From contig JAWBRA010000002.1 in NCBI GenBank assembly GCA_038844785.1, positions 4,237 through 68,236 of the forward strand: a stretch of 64,000 bases of DNA. Direction: 5' to 3'. The notes beneath the pieces were generated by a model, which ran no database searches, was not told where the DNA came from, and saw nothing but the letters and a program-made list of their open reading frames with translations. The stretch comes from Candidatus Caldarchaeum sp. (lineage in GTDB: Archaea; Thermoproteota; Nitrososphaeria_A; Caldarchaeales; Caldarchaeaceae). Both the position numbers and the translations under genes were made by a program. Positions 55,126 through 64,000 of this stretch are shown here, piece after piece; positions within the stretch are counted from its first letter, which is position 1; every line of letters starts with the position of its first letter.

Positions 55126-55917
55126 TTGGTGGTTTATGCGTCTACCAGACCTGAGGCGGTGGCAGCCGCCAAAAAGGTGGAAAACTTCCTTCAGACAAAG
55201 ACCTCACAATACAGCGTTCTTTCACTGAGCGAGTTTGACGAGAAGCATCCAACCCTCGGCGGAGAAATTGTAATGGTTTTAGGGGGCGATGGAACCATGC
55301 TCAGGGTCGCTCGCAGGATTTCCTCACCAGATGTCAAGCTTTTCGGGGTCAATTTTGGACGAGCTGGTTTTCTCAGCACTGTAGAGCCCGCCGAGCTAGA
55401 GGAAGCTTGTAAAAGAATCACAGACGAAGATTATTACGTGGAGAAGGTTATGCGATTGTCTATATATGCCGACGGCGAGTTTTTGGCTGACGCGCTCAAC
55501 GAAGCATACGTCTCCTCAAGGAAGCCAGGCAAAATAATAGAATACAGGCTGTTGCAGCGAGAGCAGCTTGCCTCCGACGTTGCCGACGGCGTAATCCTAG
55601 CAACACCAGTAGGCTCCACGGCCTACGCATTCTCCACGGGCGGACCAATAGTTGACGAGAGGCTTGAATCCGTGGTGGTGGCGCCTATGGCATCCATGAC
55701 AAACCTAAGGCCTATGGTCTTGTCGATAGAGCTTCCGGTAACGGTTTTCGTTGTAAAAGGTGAGGCGCAGGTGATGGTTGACGGCCACACCACCAAGCTG
55801 CTGCAGGAGGGCAAGGTTGTGGTTGAAAAATCTCCGAGGAGTCTTTCCTTCATCTCCTTCGACGAAAGAAGGCTTTTCAGCAGACGTTTGAGGAAGAGGC
55901 TGTATGGGAGGCCGTAG
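55126..55917 (+). CDS. nadK: NAD kinase (start uncertain, 55108-55129)
   Basis: GGDGTMLR, NFGRAGFL and TPVGSTAY motifs. The track ORF extends upstream into queC, which is unlikely. Confidence 0.8.
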   Translation: MVVYASTRPEAVAAAKKVENFLQTKTSQYSVLSLSEFDEKHPTLGGEIVMVLGGDGTMLRVARRISSPDVKLFGVNFGRAGFLSTVEPAELEEACKRITDEDYYVEKVMRLSIYADGEFLADALNEAYVSSRKPGKIIEYRLLQREQLASDVADGVILATPVGSTAYAFSTGGPIVDERLESVVVAPMASMTNLRPMVLSIELPVTVFVVKGEAQVMVDGHTTKLLQEGKVVVEKSPRSLSFISFDERRLFSRRLRKRLYGRP

Positions 55918-56419
55918 GGTTTACGTACTGGATACGACAGCGATTTTGGCGGCACAGCTTGAGCCAGGTCCTGCAGAGCTTGTAACCGTCCAAGAGGTGG
56001 TTGACGAAGTTGTGTACGGCGGACTCGCACCCCAGAGGCTCGCAACAGCCCTTTCAAAAAACATCATAAGGATAAGAAAACCATCCAAACAGTCTGTTGA
56101 GAAAGTTAGTGCTGCGGCGCTTACGACAGGCGACCTTCCTAAGCTCTCTAAGGCCGACATAAACTTGCTGGCAGCGGCATGCGACGAGCTGGCTGAAGGA
56201 GGTCAGGTAGTGGTTTTGTCAGATGACTACAGCCTTCAGAATACGGCTCTGAAGCTTGGGCTAGAGGTTGCGGGAGTGGCTAGGATGCCTGTACGCGCCT
56301 TCAGGCTGTGGAGTGCGGAATGCAGCGTCTGCGGCAAGGTTTTTGAAAAACCTGTTAAAACCTGCCCCGTCTGCGGCGGCGAGGTGGTAAGGAGGCGGAA
56401 GGCCTCCGGCAGCGGCTAA
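55904..56419 (+). CDS. nob1: Nob1-like endonuclease (PIN domain plus C-terminal zinc ribbon)
   Basis: YVLDTTAIL PIN start, SDDYSLQN, CSVCG...CPVCGG. Confidence 0.7.
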   Translation: MGGRRVYVLDTTAILAAQLEPGPAELVTVQEVVDEVVYGGLAPQRLATALSKNIIRIRKPSKQSVEKVSAAALTTGDLPKLSKADINLLAAACDELAEGGQVVVLSDDYSLQNTALKLGLEVAGVARMPVRAFRLWSAECSVCGKVFEKPVKTCPVCGGEVVRRRKASGSG

Positions 56420-56967
56420 CGCTTTGAGAGAAGGTATCCCGACAGCATAAGACCCCATGAGAGGACAGGGTAAACTATCATCCTCTCCATGCCTCCGTGA
56501 CCAAGCCCCATATAGTTACCCGATATGAAGAGGGCTAGAGCTGCAAGCGAGACGAGGCCTGCTACGGCTGACAGCAAGCCAACCAATCTGTCAAACACTC
56601 TTAAGCCATATAAGGCTGCAACGCCTGCAAAAAGAAACGTTATCAAAGACATGACTGTGTGGAGCACGGGGACGTTTTCAGGAAATATTCCCACACCCGC
56701 GGCTCCAACCCCTGCTAAGGCAACGAAGATCCTGAAAAGCCTGCTTTTGAATACCTCGGCCCCAAGGTATGCGGACAGAACAACGCAGAGGCCGAGGAAG
56801 ACTATGGAGGTGTTGAATATTGGGGCGGCAGCCCCCACACCCAAATCGCTTATGTAGTTGCCTGAGACACTGTATCCGGGGTAAACCGATTCCGCAACCC
56901 TAAGCGCCATCAAGAACTGCGTAATAGCTATGAAGAGCAAAGCCCCTGCTGCAACAGGCTTCTTCAT
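56416..56967 (-). CDS. DUF998-like integral membrane protein
   Basis: 183 aa with 6 predicted TM helices. Confidence 0.5.
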   Translation of the reverse strand: MKKPVAAGALLFIAITQFLMALRVAESVYPGYSVSGNYISDLGVGAAAPIFNTSIVFLGLCVVLSAYLGAEVFKSRLFRIFVALAGVGAAGVGIFPENVPVLHTVMSLITFLFAGVAALYGLRVFDRLVGLLSAVAGLVSLAALALFISGNYMGLGHGGMERMIVYPVLSWGLMLSGYLLSKR

Positions 56968-57001
56968 CGCAAATTTTTGGGAAGGCTGAGTATTTTTGTT
57001 T

Positions 57002-57421
57002 TTACATAAGCATGGTCAAAAGCAGAGGTAACGCTACGACCAAAGGAACCTCTACACGGGCTATGTTAAAAGCTGTCCGGCGGGCTTTGACGTCACCCTT
57101 GGCAGCACGCGGACCGTAAACAAACGAATGGACAAAGTCTAGGGCGAGCGCGGTGTAGAGGGTTGTAAGGGCCGCGGCCTCGGGAAAACCCATGTTTTTC
57201 ATCAAGGCCAAGTACGTTGCTGAAACTGTCAAAACCGGTATGGCTGTCCATGCGAGAGGGTTGTAGCGTTTCATCATCCCAGCCATCATCCTCAACCTCA
57301 GAAGTCTGTCGTCTAGAATTCTTGTTTCGGGTATTGCGGCGAGGGTCAGGTGGATTAGCCCTCCAGCCCATAAAACCAGCCCGTAAACCAGAGCAGACTT
57401 AGCTAGCAACTCAACGCTCAT
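57002..57421 (-). CDS. hypothetical membrane protein
   Basis: 139 aa with 4 hydrophobic segments. 4-nt overlap with the upstream gene. Confidence 0.45.
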   Translation of the reverse strand: MSVELLAKSALVYGLVLWAGGLIHLTLAAIPETRILDDRLLRLRMMAGMMKRYNPLAWTAIPVLTVSATYLALMKNMGFPEAAALTTLYTALALDFVHSFVYGPRAAKGDVKARRTAFNIARVEVPLVVALPLLLTMLM

Positions 57422-57951
57422 TTCACGTATCTACGTAAAACCAGTACAGTGACCTGCGCCCCGGCGGCGCTCAACACCAGGTTGGCGGCAATAGCTCCAA
57501 CCCATATGACTGCAAGCGCTTGGAGCTGGGCTTGGAACAGGCCGACGTAGGTGAGGATACTCATGGCAACAAGCGCCTCAGCCAAACCACTTACCAGCGT
57601 CCCAGCTAGGATCCTTCTCGGCTTCCTGCAAACGTCAGCATATTTTTTGCCTAGGCTCAAGTCATAAACCAAACCTGCCGCTGTAGTGGCGAAGAAAAGG
57701 TACGGGGCTGGAGCTGGAACCACCGCAAGCAGCACGAGCCCGGCAACTACAGACATCGAGGTGACGCTCCACATACGCCCTGAATAAGCGGCTACAGCGC
57801 TCATAGTAAGACCCCTGAAGAAATGGGCTGGATAACCTCTGGCTGCGGGGAGCGTGAGTCCGAAAAGAGATGACATCAGCACGTAAAACGCTGCTGACAA
57901 CGCGATGACGGAAAGGTTTTTTGTGGATAAAAGCTTTTGGTAGGGTTGCAT
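57418..57951 (-). CDS. hypothetical membrane protein (ECF S-component-like topology)
   Basis: 177 aa with 5-6 TM segments. No confident family. Confidence 0.4.
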   Translation of the reverse strand: MQPYQKLLSTKNLSVIALSAAFYVLMSSLFGLTLPAARGYPAHFFRGLTMSAVAAYSGRMWSVTSMSVVAGLVLLAVVPAPAPYLFFATTAAGLVYDLSLGKKYADVCRKPRRILAGTLVSGLAEALVAMSILTYVGLFQAQLQALAVIWVGAIAANLVLSAAGAQVTVLVLRRYVK

Positions 57952-58057
57952 ATTGCGAAAAACATAAAGTATTATTTAAATCTATTCAAGATACCGCAAA
58001 GAAAAAACCTGGCGAAAAGGCGAAAGCTTTATCAAACGAACGCAGCAGGCCATTAAG

Positions 58058-59605
58058 GTGAACCAAGCCAGCGACGACGTAGTCGTGGTTGTTGACTTCG
58101 GAGGCCAGTACGCCCACCTGATAAGCCGCAGAATAAGAGAGCTGGGCGTGAAGACCGAGGTTATTCCCTACACCGCAGCCAACGGGCATTTCTTTCCAGA
58201 CAACGTTAGAGGATTTGTTTTGTCAGGCGGTCCCGCAAGCGTTTACGAACCTCAGGCCCCACGTATCAGCTTCGAGAGCCTGGGTGGAAGGCCTGTCCTA
58301 GGCATCTGCTACGGCCACCAGCTCATAGCCCACCTTTTCAAGGGTCTTGTGAGAAGGGCTTCGAAAAGAGAATATGGAAGAGTGGAGCTTAGAGTGGTTG
58401 AGGACTGCGAGCTCTTCAAGGGCTTGCCCAACAAGTTTAACGTATGGATGAGCCATTCGGATGTTGTAGAGAAGCTGCCGCCGGGCTTCAGGACAGCGGC
58501 CTCAACAGATACATCACCCAACTCAGCAATCTACGACAGCGTCAGAAAGATTTACGGACTGCAGTTCCATCCAGAGGTTGTTCACACAGAGCACGGACTT
58601 CAAATACTCAAAAACTTTGTTGTGGATGTTTGCGGCTGCAAGCCTACCTGGCGTATGGAAGATTACGTCGAAAAAGTCGTTAAACTTGTCGACGAAGAGG
58701 TGAAAGACGGTAGAGTTTTATGCGCTGTGAGCGGCGGCGTCGACTCGACAGTAACCGCCGTCATCGTCTCCAAGGCCGTCGGAGACCGTTTGAAATGTCT
58801 TTTCGTCAACCACGGCTTGTTGAGAAAACGCGAGCCTGAGTTGGTTTTAGAAATGTTGAGGAAGATAGTCGGAGAAAACAACGTAATCTACGTGGATGCT
58901 TCGGAAAGGTTTCTGAAAAAGCTGAAGGGCATAGCGGACCCCGAGGAGAAGAGAAAGGTCATAGGGGCTGAGTTCGCAGCGATCTTCGAGGAGGTCAGCT
59001 CAAGCTATGGTCCGTTTACCCATCTTGCGCAGGGAACGCTTTACCCCGACGTCGTCGAGAGCGGAAGGTCCGTGGGAGGCTCGGCCGTCATAAAAACTCA
59101 CCACAACGTGGGCGGCTTGCCCCAGAGCCTCGGCTTGAGGGTTGTGGAGCCTTTGAAAGAGCTTTACAAAGACGAGGTGAGAAAGCTAGCCCAAATACTA
59201 GGACTCCCGCAATGGGTTGCCCGAAGACATCCCTTCCCAGGGCCGGGGCTAGCTGTCAGGGTAATAGGCGAAGTAACGCCTGAGAAGCTGGAGATAAGCA
59301 GGAAAGCTTCGGAGATCGTCGAGGAGGAGCTGGAGAAAGCTGGGTTAATTGATGACGTGTGGCAGGCCTTCGCGTTCGTGGGAGATGACAAAGCAACCGG
59401 TGTCAAAGGAGACCAGAGAAGCTACGGATACATCGTGACGGTGAGGGTGGTTACATCGGTTGACGGGATGACAGCTGACTGGGCTAGACTTCCTCATGAG
59501 GTTCTCGATAGAATAGCGAGAAGAATCACTAACGAAGTGGAGAACGTGACATGGGTTACCTACGCCGTCTCAAGCAAGCCGCCGGCCACGATTGAGCCTC
59601 AGTAA
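58058..59605 (+). CDS. guaA: GMP synthase (glutamine-hydrolysing), fused GATase and ATP-PPase
   Basis: GICYGHQ, HPE, SGGVDSTV, C-terminal dimerisation domain. Confidence 0.95.
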   Translation: MNQASDDVVVVVDFGGQYAHLISRRIRELGVKTEVIPYTAANGHFFPDNVRGFVLSGGPASVYEPQAPRISFESLGGRPVLGICYGHQLIAHLFKGLVRRASKREYGRVELRVVEDCELFKGLPNKFNVWMSHSDVVEKLPPGFRTAASTDTSPNSAIYDSVRKIYGLQFHPEVVHTEHGLQILKNFVVDVCGCKPTWRMEDYVEKVVKLVDEEVKDGRVLCAVSGGVDSTVTAVIVSKAVGDRLKCLFVNHGLLRKREPELVLEMLRKIVGENNVIYVDASERFLKKLKGIADPEEKRKVIGAEFAAIFEEVSSSYGPFTHLAQGTLYPDVVESGRSVGGSAVIKTHHNVGGLPQSLGLRVVEPLKELYKDEVRKLAQILGLPQWVARRHPFPGPGLAVRVIGEVTPEKLEISRKASEIVEEELEKAGLIDDVWQAFAFVGDDKATGVKGDQRSYGYIVTVRVVTSVDGMTADWARLPHEVLDRIARRITNEVENVTWVTYAVSSKPPATIEPQ

Positions 59606-60400
59606 CTACTTTCCCTTCCAAACAGGCTTCCGCTTCTCGAGGAAGGCTCTGGCACCCTCTTTCTGGTCCTCTGTCGAGAAAAGCGAGGCGAAGAGCTGGA
59701 GCTCAAGCCTCAGCCCTGCTGACAAACTTGTCTCCAACGCAGCATTCACAGCCTCTTTAGCCGCAGCCAAAGCAAGAGGAGGCTTCGACAGCAGTTTATC
59801 CAGAAAGTTTTTCACAGTCTCTTCAAGCCTTTCCTTAGCCGCAACAACGTTCACTACACCAAGCTTAGCCATCTCGGAAGCCGAAACCCTCTCACCCGTC
59901 ATTATCAGCTCCTTCGCTTTTTTCTCGCCGATTAGACGCGTCAGCCTCTGGCTTCCACCTCCTCCAGGTATTAGGCCTAGGTTTATTTCGGGCTGGCCGA
60001 AGACGGCGTCCTCTGATGCGATGACAAGGTCGCATGCTTGCACGAGCTCGAAGCCGCCGCCCAGACAATATCCCTCCACCACGGCGACCACGGGTTTCTG
60101 CATATTCCGGATAATGGTTGACAAAACCATGGAGGTTCCAAGCTCGTTTCCTATTCTGACCGCGTCTGACGGAGTCCATTCGAGGAAGGCCCTTATGTCG
60201 GCGCCTGCGCTGAAGTTTCCTCCAGCCCCTCTTAGCACTACAACCCTAACCTCGCTGTCCTTCGCCGCATCCTCGAGAGCTTTTTTCAGCTCCTTCCTTA
60301 AATCCAGCTCGAGAGCGTTGTATCTGGCAGGGTTGTTCAAAACAATCCAAGCAACGCCGTTCTCCTTTCTGTAAATTATCTTGGTAAAACCATCCGCCAT
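59606..60400 (-). CDS. enoyl-CoA hydratase/isomerase (crotonase) family protein
   Basis: 264 aa. FSAGADI and GGGFELVQACDL...PE..LGL.PG.GG motifs. Confidence 0.85.
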   Translation of the reverse strand: MADGFTKIIYRKENGVAWIVLNNPARYNALELDLRKELKKALEDAAKDSEVRVVVLRGAGGNFSAGADIRAFLEWTPSDAVRIGNELGTSMVLSTIIRNMQKPVVAVVEGYCLGGGFELVQACDLVIASEDAVFGQPEINLGLIPGGGGSQRLTRLIGEKKAKELIMTGERVSASEMAKLGVVNVVAAKERLEETVKNFLDKLLSKPPLALAAAKEAVNAALETSLSAGLRLELQLFASLFSTEDQKEGARAFLEKRKPVWKGK

Positions 60401-60430
60401 GCCGGTAACCCTACACCATCGAATATATGG

Positions 60431-61189
60431 TTAAGGTGCCCAAGAAGGCTTTCTCTTCTCCATGAACGCCTTCATCCCCTCTACAGCTTCGTCGGAAACA
60501 GCCAAAGCAGGCAGATTCGTCAAAGCTTCTTGGATGGCGTGAGACCTGCTTCTGGCCAGCCATCTCCTCATCAATCTCAAGGCTGCTGGCCCGTTTAGAA
60601 AGATTTTTCCAGCAACCTCCAATACCTTATCCTTTAAGACGTTTTTAGGCACTATGTAGTCAACAAGCCCTATTGAATGAGCTTCACGCGCGTCTATAGC
60701 TTCTCCAGTAAAGACAAGCCTCGAGATTCTTCTCAAGCCGAGAACGTGTCCGCCTACCGTGAGGGCTATCGGAGGTATGAGCCCGAGCCTAGCCTCGGGA
60801 ATCGCGAAAACCGAGTCTTCTGAGGCTACAACTATGTCTGCAAGGAGCAAAAGCTCGCATCCACCTCCGTATGCTAACCCGTTGACACAGGCTATGACAG
60901 GTTTGTCTAACCTCAGCAAAGCATCCACAGTCTTCTGTATAACGCCGAAAAACTCTACAGACCTGTCTAGGCTTTTGAGAGAAAGCATTTCAGCTATGTC
61001 GTCGCCTGCGGAGAAAGCTCTGCCTACGCCCGTCAAAACCACTGCCCGCGAATCATCTTGGCTTAAACGTGTTAGAGCGTCGTGAAGCTCTTTCCACAAC
61101 TCTTCATTGAAAGCGTTGAGCTTTTCAGGTCTGTTGAAAACTATCCATGTCAATAAACCTTCACTGAAAACTTGGAGGTACCTATACAT
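60431..61189 (-). CDS. enoyl-CoA hydratase/isomerase (crotonase) family protein
   Basis: 252 aa. FSAGDDI and GGGCELLLLADI..A...F..PE..LGLIP. Tandem paralogue of the previous gene. Confidence 0.85.
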   Translation of the reverse strand: MYRYLQVFSEGLLTWIVFNRPEKLNAFNEELWKELHDALTRLSQDDSRAVVLTGVGRAFSAGDDIAEMLSLKSLDRSVEFFGVIQKTVDALLRLDKPVIACVNGLAYGGGCELLLLADIVVASEDSVFAIPEARLGLIPPIALTVGGHVLGLRRISRLVFTGEAIDAREAHSIGLVDYIVPKNVLKDKVLEVAGKIFLNGPAALRLMRRWLARSRSHAIQEALTNLPALAVSDEAVEGMKAFMEKRKPSWAP

Positions 61190-61227
61190 GACCGGTGTTT
61201 GATTAAGCTGTAAATAACTTTTCCCGC

Positions 61228-61893
61228 TTATCTTCTCAGCTTGACCATCCTTATCTCAGGCAGAAACTTTTTCCGAACATAGCCGCTGATAAAGTCGATA
61301 GAAATCACTAGGGCCAGCGTCATGGCTATGACAGTTGTGAGGCTGTTGTACTGGAGCGTTTCAATGTAGCTGGTCATCAGAAACCCTACGCCGCCTGCGC
61401 CGACAAAACCCAGCACAGCCGATGAACGAATGTTATACTCCAGCATGAAAAGAAGCTGGCTGATGAGTGTATTCATCGACTCAGGTATCACCGCATAACG
61501 CACCAAAGCCAGACGTGAAGCGCCAGTGCAACGCAGGGCATCAAGCACATCTTGGTCAACGGCTTCAAAGGCTTCGAAGTAGAGCTTTGAGAGATAGCCT
61601 AGTGAGTACACTGAAAGGGCTAAAGTGCCTGCGAGCGGGCCTAGTCCAACTGCAATGACAAAGATCACGGCCCAGAAGAGGACGGGGATTGTTCTTACTA
61701 GTCCGAGGAAAGCTCTCACAGCGGTGGTTACGTATGATGGGAAGATTGTTCGAAGCGCTAATGTTGCAGCAGGCAGGGAGAGAAAAAACCCGATGACTGT
61801 TCCCACAAACGCCATCTGAACGGTCTCCACCAAAGCATCTAAAGCCGGCAAAAAAGCCGCAGGGTTTGGAGGCAGAAGGTCGTTGGCTAACAA
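61228..61893 (-). CDS. phnE: phosphonate-type ABC transporter permease (PhnE-like); N-terminus probably longer
   Basis: TM-rich, with an EAA-like loop (EAFEAVDQDVLDALRCTGASR). The frame stays open to 62007 and encodes a further TM helix with no ATG/GTG/TTG. Confidence 0.75.
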   Translation of the reverse strand: MLANDLLPPNPAAFLPALDALVETVQMAFVGTVIGFFLSLPAATLALRTIFPSYVTTAVRAFLGLVRTIPVLFWAVIFVIAVGLGPLAGTLALSVYSLGYLSKLYFEAFEAVDQDVLDALRCTGASRLALVRYAVIPESMNTLISQLLFMLEYNIRSSAVLGFVGAGGVGFLMTSYIETLQYNSLTTVIAMTLALVISIDFISGYVRKKFLPEIRMVKLRR

Positions 61894-62015
61894 ACCTAGG
61901 TTAGAGACGCCCTTGTACAGGCGGCCTAGATCTGTGAAACCAATCTGATGGGCTGCAGCTAGAAACGCTACACCAAGTAGGAAAATGCTCAGCGATCTAC
62001 CGAAATTTCAAGCCG

Positions 62016-62729
62016 TTAACCCCCTCTCAAAACCATGGAGAGTGACTGCATGTCTAGTGCACCGCCAGCCATTTCTAAGACAATCTTTCCATTCTTCAGA
62101 ACAGCAACCCTGTCAGCGAACTTGTTCACTAGAAACGTGTCGTGCATCGTCATAAGGAGGGCTACGTTGTTGCGTTTGCAAACTTCAACTGTTAGCCGCA
62201 TGACCTCAGTGGCGTTTACCACATCTAAATCCGCAACGAACTCGTCAGCGAGGAGTATCGAAGGAGACTGCATCAAAGCTCTAGCCACCGCTACTCTCTG
62301 CTTCTCACCGCCGCTTAGCTGTGCCGCCTTGCGTTCAGCAAGCTCGGAGATCCCCAAGTCCTCTAAAAGCCTGTAGGCTTTCTCTACCTCATTTCTTGGA
62401 AAATTTCCAAACAGGATTGCTGAGCTTCCCATCCTTCCCAGAGCGCCGAGTAAGACGTTTTGCAGAGCTGTCAAATTTTTGACAAGACCGACCTGCTGGG
62501 GAATGTATCCAACACCTCCCTTTCCAGCCTTAACGTGTATCTCGCCTTCGTAAGGGTACAGAAGCCCTGCAACAAGTTTTAACAATGTTGTCTTCCCAGA
62601 GCCGGACGGCCCCATCACAGCAACAGACTCACCCGCCTTTAAAGCGAGGTTAACACCGTCTAACACTGGCCTAGCACCGTCGTAGGAGAATCTTAGACCT
62701 GTAATTTTCAGCAGGAAGTCTCTCTTCAA
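62016..62729 (-). CDS. phnC: phosphonate-type ABC transporter ATP-binding protein
   Basis: GPSGSGKTT, LSGGEKQRV, LLADE motifs. Confidence 0.85.
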   Translation of the reverse strand: MKRDFLLKITGLRFSYDGARPVLDGVNLALKAGESVAVMGPSGSGKTTLLKLVAGLLYPYEGEIHVKAGKGGVGYIPQQVGLVKNLTALQNVLLGALGRMGSSAILFGNFPRNEVEKAYRLLEDLGISELAERKAAQLSGGEKQRVAVARALMQSPSILLADEFVADLDVVNATEVMRLTVEVCKRNNVALLMTMHDTFLVNKFADRVAVLKNGKIVLEMAGGALDMQSLSMVLRGG

Positions 62730-62730
62730 C

Positions 62731-63675
62731 CTATCCGACCTTCTCAGAATACTTCAGATTTGTTAGAGTCAGATAGCGTCCCAGCTCCGATAGATGCTGC
62801 TCTGTGGTTGTCGGCTGGAACCTTACAAACAACGCCGACACGAATGAACGCATGAGCTCGGGCTGTTTATCTCCGAGCTCCGTCAATGCTTGGATAAGGC
62901 TAGACCTTAGCGGCTCCCTTAAATCTTTCGAGAAAACTACGGCGTGGCTTGGGATGGGGCCCTGTGAGCCGATTACCCTCGTTTTTGAAAGCACGTCGAA
63001 GTAGAGGTCTGCGGGGATGTCTCCCGCTATCACGATTGCATCCACATCGCGTGCCTGCAAAGCCCTCCATGACTGGGCGTAGCCGCCTGTGAAGACAACT
63101 GTGAAGAAACTGCTTGGGTCAGCTTCTTTCCCGCTCTCGACTTTCACAAGGCCCTTCTCCACAAGCTTCGCCAGTGGTGCAACGTAACCGGAAGTAGATA
63201 TAGGGTTTGGCAATCCAACCTTCTTGCCGCGCAGGTCTTCGAGCGAACGTATTGGTGATTCCGGCAAAGTAACCCAGTAGGAGAAGTAGTAGGTTTCGTT
63301 CACTATTTTGTCGCCTAGCCCAACCCTTCTCACCTCGGCGAGTACAACCTCCGCGTCGGCAAGCTTCCACGCTAAGTAGGATGGCCAGGCGCTCATCAAA
63401 GCTGCATGGGCGTGTCCTCGTCTCAGAGCCTCCACAACAGCTGCGTAGGATGTGGGCACGTATATTTCGACGTCAACTCCAAGCTTCTCCTCTAGGAAAG
63501 ACTCCAAGGGCTTGGAGCGTTGTAGCACATCGGCGGCCCCTAGGGTTGGCTGGACCGCTATGACTATTTTCTGGCTAGGCCTGCTATAAAGGAAAGATAG
63601 ACCTGAAGTGATGGTTATTCCTATAACTACTCCAACAGCCAGTAGGAGAAGCGTTTTTTGGGGTGAGGACATCAA
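62731..63675 (-). CDS. phnD: phosphonate/phosphite ABC transporter substrate-binding protein (PhnD family)
   Basis: 314 aa. N-terminal anchor helix and PhnD-like SGYVAP and GGY motifs. Confidence 0.75.
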   Translation of the reverse strand: MMSSPQKTLLLLAVGVVIGITITSGLSFLYSRPSQKIVIAVQPTLGAADVLQRSKPLESFLEEKLGVDVEIYVPTSYAAVVEALRRGHAHAALMSAWPSYLAWKLADAEVVLAEVRRVGLGDKIVNETYYFSYWVTLPESPIRSLEDLRGKKVGLPNPISTSGYVAPLAKLVEKGLVKVESGKEADPSSFFTVVFTGGYAQSWRALQARDVDAIVIAGDIPADLYFDVLSKTRVIGSQGPIPSHAVVFSKDLREPLRSSLIQALTELGDKQPELMRSFVSALFVRFQPTTTEQHLSELGRYLTLTNLKYSEKVG

Positions 63676-63778
63676 AATATAACGGCGTTATCTTTTATTT
63701 AAATTACACGTTGTGAAATAAAACATTCACAGGGTTTAACAACACACATATAACACCGTTAAAAAACCATTTAAAGAC

Positions 63779-64000
63779 GTGAAACAGCCCAAAGCTGAAG
63801 AAATAATTCCTGCCCTGAGGGCGTTGATTGCCGTCGAGCTGACACGAACCTATGGGTTGAAGAACGCGGAGGCAGCACGGCTGCTGTCGATAACACCACA
63901 GGCGGTGACACAGTATCTGAAAGGGGCTAGAGCGTTAAACAAAAAGAGCATAGCAGCAGACGAACGTGTGAAGAGCATGGTTAAAGAATATGCGGGTAAA
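63779..64000 (+). CDS. HTH-type transcriptional regulator, 5' partial (runs off the window)
   Basis: GTG at 63779. Open frame to the window end encodes ...LTRTYGLKNAEAARLLSITPQAVTQYLKGAR..., a clear helix-turn-helix. Divergent from phnD. Confidence 0.55.
   Translation, partial: MKQPKAEEIIPALRALIAVELTRTYGLKNAEAARLLSITPQAVTQYLKGARALNKKSIAADERVKSMVKEYAGK

Overview
Dense archaeal chromosomal segment. Gene content (Elf1, Alba, L40e, L31e, aIF6, aIF2-beta, GGGP synthase, CDP-archaeol synthase, PriS, two GINS subunits, MCM, Hel308, Orc1/Cdc6, RFC large and small) points to a TACK/Thermoproteota-like archaeon. Genes are tightly packed, often overlapping by 4-40 nt, and several promoters look leaderless. 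Most of the window is housekeeping: replication, tRNA end-processing (CCA enzyme, LigT/ThpR, RNase Z, THUMP methyltransferase, Clp1-like kinase), translation, ether-lipid and mevalonate enzymes, preQ0 genes queD/queC, a bacterial-type grpE-dnaK-dnaJ operon and a phosphonate-type ABC transporter. The most unusual locus is 5.3-7.5 kb. A tRNA-Val(UAC)-like gene is split into a 5' half (7488-7527) and a 3' half (5302-5340). The halves match perfectly in the acceptor and anticodon stems and are flanked by a 5-bp direct repeat. The 2,152-bp interval between them carries an intact tRNA-Val(UAC), an MtrA/DUF4346-like gene broken by a frameshift and an in-frame TAA, a tRNA-like T-arm fragment, and a roughly 240-nt region with nested helices that I cannot assign to a known RNA family. 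A second decayed locus (29.8-31.0 kb) holds a DDE transposase remnant next to a two-repeat orphan CRISPR-like array with no cas genes in the window. Smaller observations include two unannotated micro-ORFs coupled to priS and to a ParB-like/phosphatase pair, a tandem ThyX-like fusion with complementary motif decay, a class II HMG-CoA reductase, and two genes whose conserved N-termini lack an in-frame start. No family assignment was checked by database search; all rest on motifs read from the translations.
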